A stretch of 53,072 bases of DNA from Candidatus Woesearchaeota archaeon (GTDB lineage: Archaea; Nanobdellota; Nanobdellia; Pacearchaeales; GW2011-AR1), in assembly GCA_964598185.1 (NCBI GenBank), contig CAZRAT010000002.1, forward strand, positions 3,769 to 56,840, written 5' to 3'. This document shows, piece after piece, positions 26,897 through 35,436 of this stretch; position 1 is the stretch's first letter; each line of letters begins with the position of its first letter. Both the position numbers and the translations under genes were made by a program. The notes below the pieces were generated by a model that ran no database searches, was not told the DNA's origin, and saw only the letters and a program-made list of their open reading frames with translations.

Positions 26897-27707
26897 AAAA
26901 ATTTCTAAAAATTACAGAACAGAATTAGAAGAAATATCCCCGGATTACCATGAGAATGTTTTAAACTTGCTAGGAGATTCGCTTAGTGCTTTTTATCACT
27001 TGAGAAACAGCGAAGCAAGTAGAGGGTTAGATCGGTGTTCAGGTTTTTCAGAATTTTTGAAAGTTCCTGACTTTGAATATATTGATACTGTTTTAGAAAA
27101 CACTCCTTTAGGACATCATCAAAAAGAATTAGAAGACCAACTTATAGATAAAGAACTTTCAACAGAAGAAATAGACTCTTTATCACAAAAATATAATTTG
27201 GAACCTCATAAAGAAATATTAAATGAACAACCTACCTTGTTGCTTGGAAATGATTTACAATTAGAGGGAGATGGGGGAAGAAGACAAAGAAATAGAAATG
27301 ATAGTTATGTTGGGTTTACTGAAGAAATAAATAAAATTGTAAAAAAATCATTCGGCCTTTTTTATAGAGGAGATTATATGGTTGTTGGAGGAATAGATGG
27401 TTCTTTATCTAAAACCAATAGATTAGAATTTATTGCTCGCCCATCATTTCTAGATCCTCAATTTGGGTGTGGTGTAGCAGGTTTGCTTGGAGATGGAGGA
27501 CGAAATAAATCAGATGGGTCTGTTATTATAATAAGAGGAGATAAAAAGAAATATCTAAATTCTGCAAAAAAATATGCTGAGATTTACCAACATGAATTTG
27601 GAAAAGAAGTGCAAATAAAAAAGGTTCAAAGTTTCGAGGATTTAATCTTGGGGGTTGGAGTTGGCTCAATGTGTCCTTTTCCAAAAAACTTTGGCTTTAA
27701 ATCTTAA
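26883..27707 (+). CDS. hypothetical protein (GDGGR repeats), probable 3-prime part of a frame-split gene
   Basis: 274-codon ORF opening at 26856 with only a TTG start. No family recognised. Confidence 0.45.
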   Translation: MKTFEKISKNYRTELEEISPDYHENVLNLLGDSLSAFYHLRNSEASRGLDRCSGFSEFLKVPDFEYIDTVLENTPLGHHQKELEDQLIDKELSTEEIDSLSQKYNLEPHKEILNEQPTLLLGNDLQLEGDGGRRQRNRNDSYVGFTEEINKIVKKSFGLFYRGDYMVVGGIDGSLSKTNRLEFIARPSFLDPQFGCGVAGLLGDGGRNKSDGSVIIIRGDKKKYLNSAKKYAEIYQHEFGKEVQIKKVQSFEDLILGVGVGSMCPFPKNFGFKS

Positions 27708-27751
27708 AAAAGTAAATCAAAGATTTTCATTTCCTCAATTTAATTTTATTT

Positions 27752-28120
27752 TTATTCTACTTTAAAAAATAACCAATTCTTTTTGTCTTTGCCCATTTTT
27801 GCGTTGATTAAAACATATTTTCCTTTGAGTTTTTTTCCAAAAAGTTCAAATTCTATTTTATCTTTTCCTTTGTAAAGCAAATCATATTGTCCTTCATCCC
27901 AGATTTTTACTTTTCCTTTTCCATAACCTTCTTTTATTATCCCTTCAAATTTTGCATATTCTAAATCATGGTCTGGAACTTGGATTGCGAGCCGTTTTAT
28001 TTTTTTTCTTGTCGGCGGAATTTTCGGAAGTGCCCATGATTTTAATTTTTTATTAATCTCTAATCTAAAATCATAATGAAGATTTGTTGCTCTATGTTCT
28101 TGGATAACGAAGATTGGCAT
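27752..28120 (-). CDS. stand-alone LigD-type 3-prime-phosphoesterase (LigD_N) domain protein
   Basis: FVIQEHRATNLHYDFRLEINKKLKSWALPK matches the recalled LigD PE signature (FVIQKH.A..LHYDFRLE..G.L.SWAVPKG). Confidence 0.8.
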   Translation of the reverse strand: MPIFVIQEHRATNLHYDFRLEINKKLKSWALPKIPPTRKKIKRLAIQVPDHDLEYAKFEGIIKEGYGKGKVKIWDEGQYDLLYKGKDKIEFELFGKKLKGKYVLINAKMGKDKKNWLFFKVE

Positions 28121-28210
28121 GAAAGAAAAAAGAAAGGGAATTTTAAATATGTTTTGGAATATGTTTTAGAGAACAACTATTTTTATAAAGATCTCCGTTG
28201 TAAAGTTGTT

Positions 28211-28564
28211 ATGTCAAGAGATTGTTGGGAAACAAGTAAAACTTTGGTAACACCTCATGTTGAAATTGAATTTATTAAAGATTACAAACTGGTTGGTTCT
28301 GCAGGAGTTAATGTTTCTGCATTTGAAGATGCTTTGACTAGTGTTTTACCTGCAAGTACCCGTGAAAAAGGTCCCATGATTACAAAAGAACCTCACTATC
28401 TAATTTATGGGGTTGTTGGACGTATAGTTAATAATCATGGATGGGCTTATCTTAATATTTCTGAACCGCCAATTTCAAGAACTTTGATGGGATATCTAAC
28501 TAAAGAAAATTTAGAAAAGACATTACCAAAAACTTTCACAGGTCTTAAAAATATAATAGATTAA
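28211..28564 (+). CDS. hypothetical protein
   Basis: ATG at 28211 lies ~25 nt after TTTTTATAAA. The upstream part of the track ORF overlaps the opposite-strand gene and is probably not coding. Confidence 0.4.
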   Translation: MSRDCWETSKTLVTPHVEIEFIKDYKLVGSAGVNVSAFEDALTSVLPASTREKGPMITKEPHYLIYGVVGRIVNNHGWAYLNISEPPISRTLMGYLTKENLEKTLPKTFTGLKNIID

Positions 28565-28596
28565 TCTCAAACCGACGACAAAAATTAATCTTTCAA

Positions 28597-28611
28597 CGAA
28601 AGATTTATATA
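28597..28611 (+). promoter_or_regulatory. probable rRNA operon promoter (CGAAAGATTTATATA)
   Basis: Consensus-like BRE/TATA ~70 nt upstream of the 16S processing-stem strand. Confidence 0.5.
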
Positions 28612-28680
28612 CCAAAATTTTCTGAAAAGGATATTAAGATGAGTACTTTAATTATATTCGGATTCACGTTAAGGTATGAG

Positions 28681-28698
28681 GTATGTAGAAGTAGTTTG
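28681..28698 (+). other. 16S processing stem, 5-prime strand (pairs with 30401..30418)
   Basis: GTATGTAGAAGTAGTTTG is complementary (16/18) to CAAATTATTTCTACATAC just 3-prime of the 16S. Confidence 0.6.
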
Positions 28699-28926
28699 TT
28701 GTAGTTCTAATATTTATAGCCGTTGAATTCTATTCAACATCGTTAAATGAATTTAATCAATATCTTTTATAGATATTGAATATCAAATAATTCGTCTTTA
28801 GACGAAATATTTCTGATAGTACTTATTTGACCTAAGCCAATAGTTAGGAATTGTGTGAAGTGTAATTTTTCTTACAAAAATTATGCGCTGAGATTATTTT
28901 TTTAAATTATAATCAATGAAGTTTAA

Positions 28927-30376
28927 ATCCAGTTGATCCTGCTGGCGGCTGCGGCTCTCTGGTTTGCACTTAGACATGCAAGTTTTTTTGTTTGGTTCTT
29001 CGGAATTAAGTGAAAGGCGAACTGCTCAGTAACACGTAGCTAACCTACCCTTAGGTCAAGGATACCCTCGAGAAATTGAGACTAATACTTGATAAGAGAT
29101 ATACCCTGGAATGATTTATCTCTGAAACTCGCGCCTAAGGATGGGGCTGCGGCAGATTAGGTTGTTGGCGGGGTAATAGCCCACCAAGCCTATGATCTGT
29201 AAGGGCTCTTAGCGGAGAGGCCCTGAGAGGGAATCTGAGACACTATTCCCAGCCCTACGGGGTGCAGCAGTTAGGAATAATCTACAATGCGCGCAAGCGT
29301 GACAGTTTGAGCCAGAGTGTTTTCCAATTTGGAAAGCTTTTGTGAAATGTAAAAAGTTTTTCGAATAAGGACTGGGTAAGACTAGTGCCAGCCGCCGCGG
29401 TAATACTAGCGGTCCAAGTCGCAGCCATTTTTATTGGGTCTAAAACATCCGTAGCTTGTTTGATAAGTTTCTTGTGAAATTTTGCATCTTAAATGTAGAG
29501 CGCGCAAGAAATACTGTCAAGCTAGAGACTGGAAGACGTGAGAAGTATGTTCAAAGTAGCGGTAAAATGTGTTAATCTTGAGCAGACTAACAATAGCGAA
29601 GGCATCTCACGAGGACAGTTCTGACAGTAAGGGATGAAGGCTAGGGGCGCAAAACGGATTAGATACCCGTGTAGTCCTAGCAGTAAACACTGCACACTAA
29701 ACATTAGTACCTCCTCGAGAGGTATTGGTGCTGAAGGGAAGCCGAAGAGTGTGCTACCTGGGAAGTATAGTCGCAAGGCCGAAACTTAAAGGAATTGGCG
29801 GGGAGACACTACAACGAGTGACGCGTGCGGTTCAATTAGATTTTACACCGTGAACCTCACCAGGAGCGACAGCAGGATGAAGGTCAGTCTAAAGGGCTTA
29901 CCTGACACGCTGAGCGGAGATGCATGGCCGACGTCAGCCTGTGCTGTGAAGTGACCTGTTAAATCAGGTAACAGGCAAGACCCACATGTATATTTATCAT
30001 TACAATATACAGATTGCCTTGGTAACAAGGATGAAAGTGTGGGCTACGTTAGGTGGGTACAGCCCGACCGCCCTGGGCAACACGCGCGCGTCAATGGTGA
30101 ATACAATGGGATGCAACACCGAAAGGTGAAGCCAATCTCTTAAAGTTCATCTCAGTCCAGATTGAGGTTTGTAACTCAGCCTCATGACGCTGGAATTCGT
30201 AGTAATCGGATGTTATCAACGTCCGGTGAATAAGTCACTGTCTCTTGCACACACTGCCCGTCAAACCAACCAAGTTTATTTATGATGAAACTTTTCGAAG
30301 GAGAATCTTGGGTAAGCGAGGTAGGTTAAGTCGTCACAAGGTATCTGTAGGGGAACCTGCAGATGGATCACCTCCT
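28927..30376 (+). rRNA. 16S rRNA (about 1450 nt, ends approximate)
   Basis: 5-prime AATCCAGTTGATCCTGCTGGCGG, GTGCCAGCCGCCGCGGTAATAC, GGATTAGATACCCG, AAACTTAAAGGAATTGGCGGGG, 3-prime GGATCACCTCCT. Confidence 0.95.
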
Positions 30377-30472
30377 AAAAATTATTATAATATTAACTTG
30401 CAAATTATTTCTACATACATCTTATAATCAAAAAACAAAACTTAAAAAACTAAAATTCATTAATTGAACTAT

Positions 30473-30588
30473 GGGCCCATAGTCCAATGGCTTAAGATAC
30501 TTCCCTTGCACGGAATAAGATGTGGAACATTATCACGTCTTTATTCCAAAGAACGGAAGAGGTCCGTGTTCGATTCACGGTGGGTCCA
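30473..30588 (+). tRNA. tRNA-Ala(UGC) with a 43-nt intron at 37/38 (30511..30553)
   Basis: Acceptor GGGCCCA/TGGGTCC with G3:U70, anticodon stem CTTCC/GGAAG, loop CTTGCA-C, T arm CCGTG-TTCGATT-CACGG. The intron forms a GGAATAAGA/TCTTTATTCC hairpin. Confidence 0.9.
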
Positions 30589-30701
30589 TATATGTGTTCG
30601 TTAGTTAGTCATTAAACAAGAACATACATTACCGAGAGACATCGGACAAAGTAGTTTAAATGTCAAGGGAAGATAAAAAGAAACCGCTTAGGTGTCTTTT
30701 A

Positions 30702-30723
30702 TGTTCGAATTACGGTGGGTCCA
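30702..30723 (+). pseudogene. degenerate duplicate of the tRNA-Ala 3-prime end
   Basis: GTTCGAATTACGGTGGGTCCA versus GTTCGATTCACGGTGGGTCCA (19/21). The T stem can no longer pair and there is no 5-prime half. Confidence 0.6.
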
Positions 30724-30769
30724 TTTTATTTTTTAGGAAATTGAAGTTATTATAAAATGGTAACAGATA

Positions 30770-30784
30770 GAAAGGTTTAAAAAA
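30770..30784 (+). promoter_or_regulatory. BRE/TATA promoter inside the rRNA spacer (GAAAGGTTTAAAAAA)
   Basis: ~25 nt upstream of the ATG at 30805. Confidence 0.5.
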
Positions 30785-30804
30785 TCAAATATGATATAAG
30801 AATT

Positions 30805-31182
30805 ATGACAGATAAAGATTTAGGAAATTTATTAAATCAAACTTCTAAAAAAAGAGTTAGCAATATAGATGTAATAAAATCATTTGGAAATAATTTTAAG
30901 AACATAGCAATAAATCTTCCTGGAGCTTTTTATGCTGCTCCAACATGGGTTAGAAAAAACTGTCCTGAAGAAGTAGAAGGGATAGTGGCTTGGTTAAGTA
31001 TGGCTGGGGCAGGAGTTCATGGTTTAGCATATTTATTACTTGGAAATGAGATAATAAATAATATATTTAATACAGATACTTCAAATCCTATTCATCTTCC
31101 ATTATATCTCTTACCTCTTGTCACAAATAGTCTTTCTTGGGGATATGAAACCTTCAGGAATAGAAAAGAAGATTTGGAATAA
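30805..31182 (+). CDS. hypothetical membrane-associated protein encoded in the tRNA-Ala/23S spacer
   Basis: 125-aa ORF with its own promoter and hydrophobic segments (IVAWLSMAGAGVHGLAYLLLG). No family recognised. Confidence 0.45.
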   Translation: MTDKDLGNLLNQTSKKRVSNIDVIKSFGNNFKNIAINLPGAFYAAPTWVRKNCPEEVEGIVAWLSMAGAGVHGLAYLLLGNEIINNIFNTDTSNPIHLPLYLLPLVTNSLSWGYETFRNRKEDLE

Positions 31183-31465
31183 TTAATCTTATTAACCTCT
31201 ATTGTATATTTTTCGCAAATCATATTCAATTTTTCTTTAACAACTTTGTGTTCTAGCAAAAAGTTTTTCTAAGACTACCGAACATTTTAAATACTGAAAT
31301 TTCACTTTAATATTAAATAAAAAATTATTATTATAAAATCGTAATAAAAAATATTCAAAATCATACTCTTTCCCAAGTTTCGTCGGGAAACGAGTTTCCT
31401 ACTCATTCACGAGATGGTGCGGCAACTATGTTGTTGTATCGTAATGAGAACTTTACGTTCAATGA

Positions 31466-31480
31466 AATAAGCAGTAGAAG
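31466..31480 (+). other. 23S processing stem, outer 5-prime strand (pairs with 34974..34988); the inner stem 31556..31565 pairs with 34963..34972
   Basis: AATAAGCAGTAGAAG / CTTCTACTGCTTATT is a perfect 15 bp. AATTCTTAGA / TCTAAGAATT is a perfect 10 bp. Confidence 0.65.
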
Positions 31481-32850
31481 AATCCCACTAGTTTGTATTA
31501 AAATACAAACTAATGACGGAAGGTTTTCAATTTATTGAAAACTTTTAAACAAATTAATTCTTAGACATACTACTAATTTATACTGTTAGACAGATAGCTT
31601 GGTTTTGGTTATGATGAAGGACGTGGCAAGCTGCGATAAGCTTGGGGGAGCTGCATGCAAGCTTTGATCCCAAGATTTCTGAATTATTCCGAGAGGAAAA
31701 AATACGCCGGGAATTGAAACATCTTAGTACCGGCAGGAAAAGAAAACAATAGTGATGCCCTTATTAGCAGCGAGCGAAAAGGGCCCGGGGCAATCTGAAT
31801 CTTCTCTTGAAAGAGAGATAGAAATGTGGTGAGGATAAACAGCTAAGTCGACGAGTCAAAGTGAACTGGAAAGTTCCACCTTAGAAGGTGATAGTCCTGT
31901 AGACTAAATCGATACACTGTTCCTCGACGAGTAGGGCTTCCTGGATTGGAGGTCTGAATACGGCGGGATTAACCGCCAACCCTAAATAAAACCAAAGTCC
32001 GATAGCGCACTAGTACCGCGAGGGAAAGCTGAAAAGTACTCTTAACAGAGGTTGAAAAGACTTGAAATCTAACAGTTACAGTTTGTTACTGCTCTATTCA
32101 CTTTAGTGTGGAAGGGTTGTAACGTACGTTTTGAAGAACGGGCCAGGGAGTTTTTCTATATGGCGAGGCTAATCAATTATATTGAGTAACCGAAGCGAAA
32201 GCAAGTGTGAAAGCGCGCGAGTCATATGGATAAGACCTGAAGCCAGATGATCTATTTATGGGCAAGCTGAAGTCTTTCGAAAGGAGGATGGAGGGCTGAA
32301 CCGGTGTTGTGGACATGCACTCGAATGACCTGTGAATAGGGGTGAAAAGCTTATCTAATCTGGCGATGGCTGGTTCCTGCTGAAATATGCCTACGTATAG
32401 TCTTGTGTAGTTTGTTGGCGGTGTAAAGTACGGATAAATCTTGCAGGAGCTAATGCTTACGGAGATTTTTCCAACTCAGAAACTGTTAACTGCGTAGCAC
32501 AAGAATCAGGTGCAGTATGTAAGATACTGTTCCGAGAGTGGAACAACACAGACCAGAGTTAAGGTCCCAAAATTTATGCTAAGTGTATCAAAAGGCGTCT
32601 TGAACCTGAGACACCGGGGATGTAAGCTTAGAAGCAGCTATCATTTAAAGAAAGCGTAACAGCTCACCCATCGAGGTTCAGGGCCCTGAAAATGGACGGG
32701 GCTAAGCATAATACCGATACTTTGGAGGCATTCGGTTTAAAATTAATATAGGTAAAATAAAAATTTTATCTGTCGTATAAAAAAGATATTTAATACGAGT
32801 GGGATTTTGATGTTGAGGATTTTTGTTTTAACTTAGAAGTTAAGACCAAT

Positions 32851-32866
32851 GGGAAGGTTTATAAAT
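32851..32866 (+). promoter_or_regulatory. BRE/TATA promoter inside the 23S insertion (GGGAAGGTTTATAAAT)
   Basis: ~25 nt upstream of the ATG at 32887. Confidence 0.5.
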
Positions 32867-32886
32867 GTTATAGATTAAGAGAAGTT

Positions 32887-33162
32887 ATGGAAAATAAAGA
32901 TGAACTAAGTCACCTTCGTTGTTATTGGACACGACCGTTTGGACATATCTGGAAAGAAGGCCAAACTTCTTATGAAAGAAATTGTGTACTTTGCAACCAA
33001 GATAGTATTAAAGGAAATTATGATGGAGGCTGGCATTATGACTTAGATGTTCATTATGATGAACTAACAGGAGGTCAAAAAGCTAGAACCTTGACTGAAA
33101 AACATCAGGCAAGAGCACTAAGAGCTTTAGACAAAAAGAAAAAAAGACTAAAAATTTCTTGA
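32887..33162 (+). CDS. small Cys/His-containing basic protein encoded in the 23S insertion (not LAGLIDADG)
   Basis: 91 aa. HLRC...H...CVLC pattern and a basic tail KKKKRLKIS. Followed by the hairpin TTCGTCAAAAACGAA. Confidence 0.45.
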   Translation: MENKDELSHLRCYWTRPFGHIWKEGQTSYERNCVLCNQDSIKGNYDGGWHYDLDVHYDELTGGQKARTLTEKHQARALRALDKKKKRLKIS

Positions 33163-33993
33163 AGACCCTTTTAAAATAATTCTTCACACTCACTCAAATT
33201 CGTCAAAAACGAATTTTCACAAATCATATTCAATTTTTCTCAACATCAAAATCTAATATTATTAATATAGAATGTTCTAGTAAGCAGGCGTACTATTTGC
33301 GCAGAAGTTTTTTCGAGAGAAAGAGTGGAGCGAATAGTAATGAGAATCCTGGTAAGAGTAGGATGTGATTATTCTGAGAATGAATAAGGTCGAAAGGGTA
33401 AGGTTTCCTTGGCAATATCGTTTAGCTAAGGGTTAGTCAGCACCTAAGTCGTATCTTAACTGAGTACGACGATGGATATCAGGTTAATATTCCTGGACTA
33501 ATTAAATCTTATATAATATAATTTGCTTTCGGATAGGCATGCAGGTGAAAGCCTGTTTTAACGAGAAATCTGTTGAGGGTAATCCTAAGATGCAGATGAA
33601 TTTTTGAATTGCTGCTGACTCCAAGAGCCAGTGAAAAGATTATACTAATGTTTCTTGCTTGCAAGAGACGTCCCAAAAAGTTGCAAAACTTTTTGGTGTT
33701 GATTTAATTAGCTGTACCCACAACCGACACTGGTGCCCAGGCTTAGTAGGCCAAGACCTGAAAGGTAAAACCAATTAAGGGAATTCGGCAAGTTAGTCCT
33801 GTAGCTTCGGCTGAAGGGATGTCTACCTTTGTGTGCTTAGTAATATGTGTGCATTGTTAGATCTCAGTAACAAGGATGGCCCGACTGTTTACCAAAAACG
33901 TAGCCAAGTGCTAATCTGAAAAGACTTGTATACTTGGTGAGACCTGCCCAGTGGTGGTGTCTAAAACTCCTTTTCAAGGGAGCTAAGGTCCAT

Positions 33994-34028
<35 letters not shown>

Positions 34029-35021
34029 ACGTAATACCTTGTCGTATGAATTGCGACTTGCATGAATGGTTTAACGAGGTTGTCACTGTCCCTAATTGGA
34101 GCCTTCCGAACATATCTTCCGGTGAATAGACCGGAGACACCTAGTGGGAAGCGTAGACCTTGTGGAACTTTACTGCAACTTGTTGTTGTAATTTTATAAG
34201 AAATGCATAGCATAGGTAGGAGCGTCGAAGTCGTCATTTTGGTGACGATGGAGCGAACTTGTAATACTACCCATTTTTTATAGAATTGCTTACCATTTAT
34301 GGGACAGCAGCAGGCGGGCAGTTTGGCTGGGGCGGCACCCTGTCGAAAAGATATCGATAGGACCCAAAGACAAGCTCATCCAGCTTGGAAATCTGGAGTT
34401 GAGTGCGAAGGCAAAAGCTTGTCTGACTGTTTTTTGAAAAGCAAGAAAAGCAGGAGCGAAAGCTGGGCTTAGTGAACCCACGTGCTTTTTTAATAGAAGC
34501 CGTGTCTGATAGAAAAGTTACCCCAAGGATAATTGGCTTGTCTCCCCCGATAGTCCGAATTGACGGGGAGGTTTGGTACACCGCTGTCGGCTCTCCCTAT
34601 CCTGCGCGTGCAGAAGCGTGCAAGGGTGCCGGAGTTCACGTATTAAAAGGGATCGTTAGCTGGGTTAAGAACGTCGCGAGACAGTTTGTATGATATCTAC
34701 TAGGTGTGTTATTGTCTGAGTGGAACAAGTTTCCAGTACGAGAGGAACGGAACTTGGTTGCCTCTGGTGAGCAGTTGTCAATTGGCAGGCTGCATAGCTA
34801 CGCAATGTGTGGATAAGAGCTGAATGCATCTAAGCTCGAAGCCATCCGCAAAACGAGACAATTAAGGCCGTCAAAGAAGATGACGTTGATAGAGTTCTTG
34901 TGTAAGATTGAAGGTTCGCCGACAATTTCAGCATAGAACTACTAATAGCCTCCATGTATTATTCTAAGAATTACTTCTACTGCTTATTTTGTTTGATTTA
35001 ATCTTAAAGTAGTTACATCAT

Positions 35022-35037
35022 AGAAAGATTTATAAAA
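35022..35037 (+). promoter_or_regulatory. BRE/TATA promoter-like box just 3-prime of the 23S (AGAAAGATTTATAAAA)
   Basis: Consensus-like box. The next ATG (35101) is ~65 nt downstream, which implies a leader. Confidence 0.35.
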
Positions 35038-35100
35038 CTTAAAATTTTTAAAACACAATAATTACATTCAGATACAGATGTAAGGAAGTATAAACAACAA

Positions 35101-35412
35101 ATGGAAAATGATAAATTAAGAAAAATTGCAGGAAAAATATTTAATTATAATCCGTCTTCTTTAAAAGAAGAATTTGCATGTACTGTTGGTCCAATTTTAT
35201 CTTTGCTTGGATTAAATAATTTAATGCCTAATGTTTCTAAACCATTAAGTAAAAAAGATATTTCTCAAAAATTAGAAGATGGAGGTTTTGAATTATCTGC
35301 TGAAAACATTATTGATTTGAAACCATGGTATATGGAGAGAAGTTCTCATATGAGATCAATTGCTCGTCTTAATGACGGGAATTATGCTTTAGGTTCTTAT
35401 TTCTTTGATTAA
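35101..35412 (+). CDS. hypothetical protein
   Basis: 103-aa ORF, no family recognised. Confidence 0.4.
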   Translation: MENDKLRKIAGKIFNYNPSSLKEEFACTVGPILSLLGLNNLMPNVSKPLSKKDISQKLEDGGFELSAENIIDLKPWYMERSSHMRSIARLNDGNYALGSYFFD

Positions 35413-35436
35413 ATTTATATTCAAAAACTTTTGCTC

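Larger units (their letters stand above)
32734..33269 (+). mobile_element. ORF-containing insertion/intron at the tip of a 23S hairpin (the helix following GGGGCTAAGC...ACCGA)
   Basis: AT-rich 536 nt flanked by the pairing exon strands GGCATTC (32727..32733) and GAATGTT (33270..33276). Internal 15-bp perfect inverted repeat 32803..32817 / 33239..33253. Direct repeat ATTAATATAG near both ends. Confidence 0.7.

Noticed and set aside
27270-27300. Shared GDGGRRQ peptide and GATGG(G/A)GGAAGAAGACAA nucleotide string between the ORF at 26883 and the pilin-like ORF at 43308 (43543..43562).
   Set aside because: It is a short purine-rich match (~18/20) with no flanking similarity. That is compatible with chance or a small shared motif, and is not enough to call a repeat element.
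29522-30427. Track ORFs 29522..29776(-), 29843..30028(-) and 30245..30427(+).
   Set aside because: They lie entirely inside the 16S rRNA and its 3-prime flank. They are GC-rich RNA sequence that happens to stay open.
30640-30701. Extension of the tRNA-Ala duplicate to include the intron (GGAAGATAAAAAGAAACC...GTCTTTTAT versus GGAATAAGATGTGGAACA...GTCTTTATT).
   Set aside because: Only about half the positions match in AT-rich sequence. Only the 21-nt 3-prime block (19/21) is convincing.
34963-35100. Search for a 5S rRNA gene downstream of the 23S, and test of 52862..52990 as 5S or SRP RNA.
   Set aside because: I found no 5S-like (CCGAAC...GAAGTTAAGC) or SRP helix-8-like (GGAAG..AGCA) signatures on either strand. 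The 5S is presumably encoded elsewhere.
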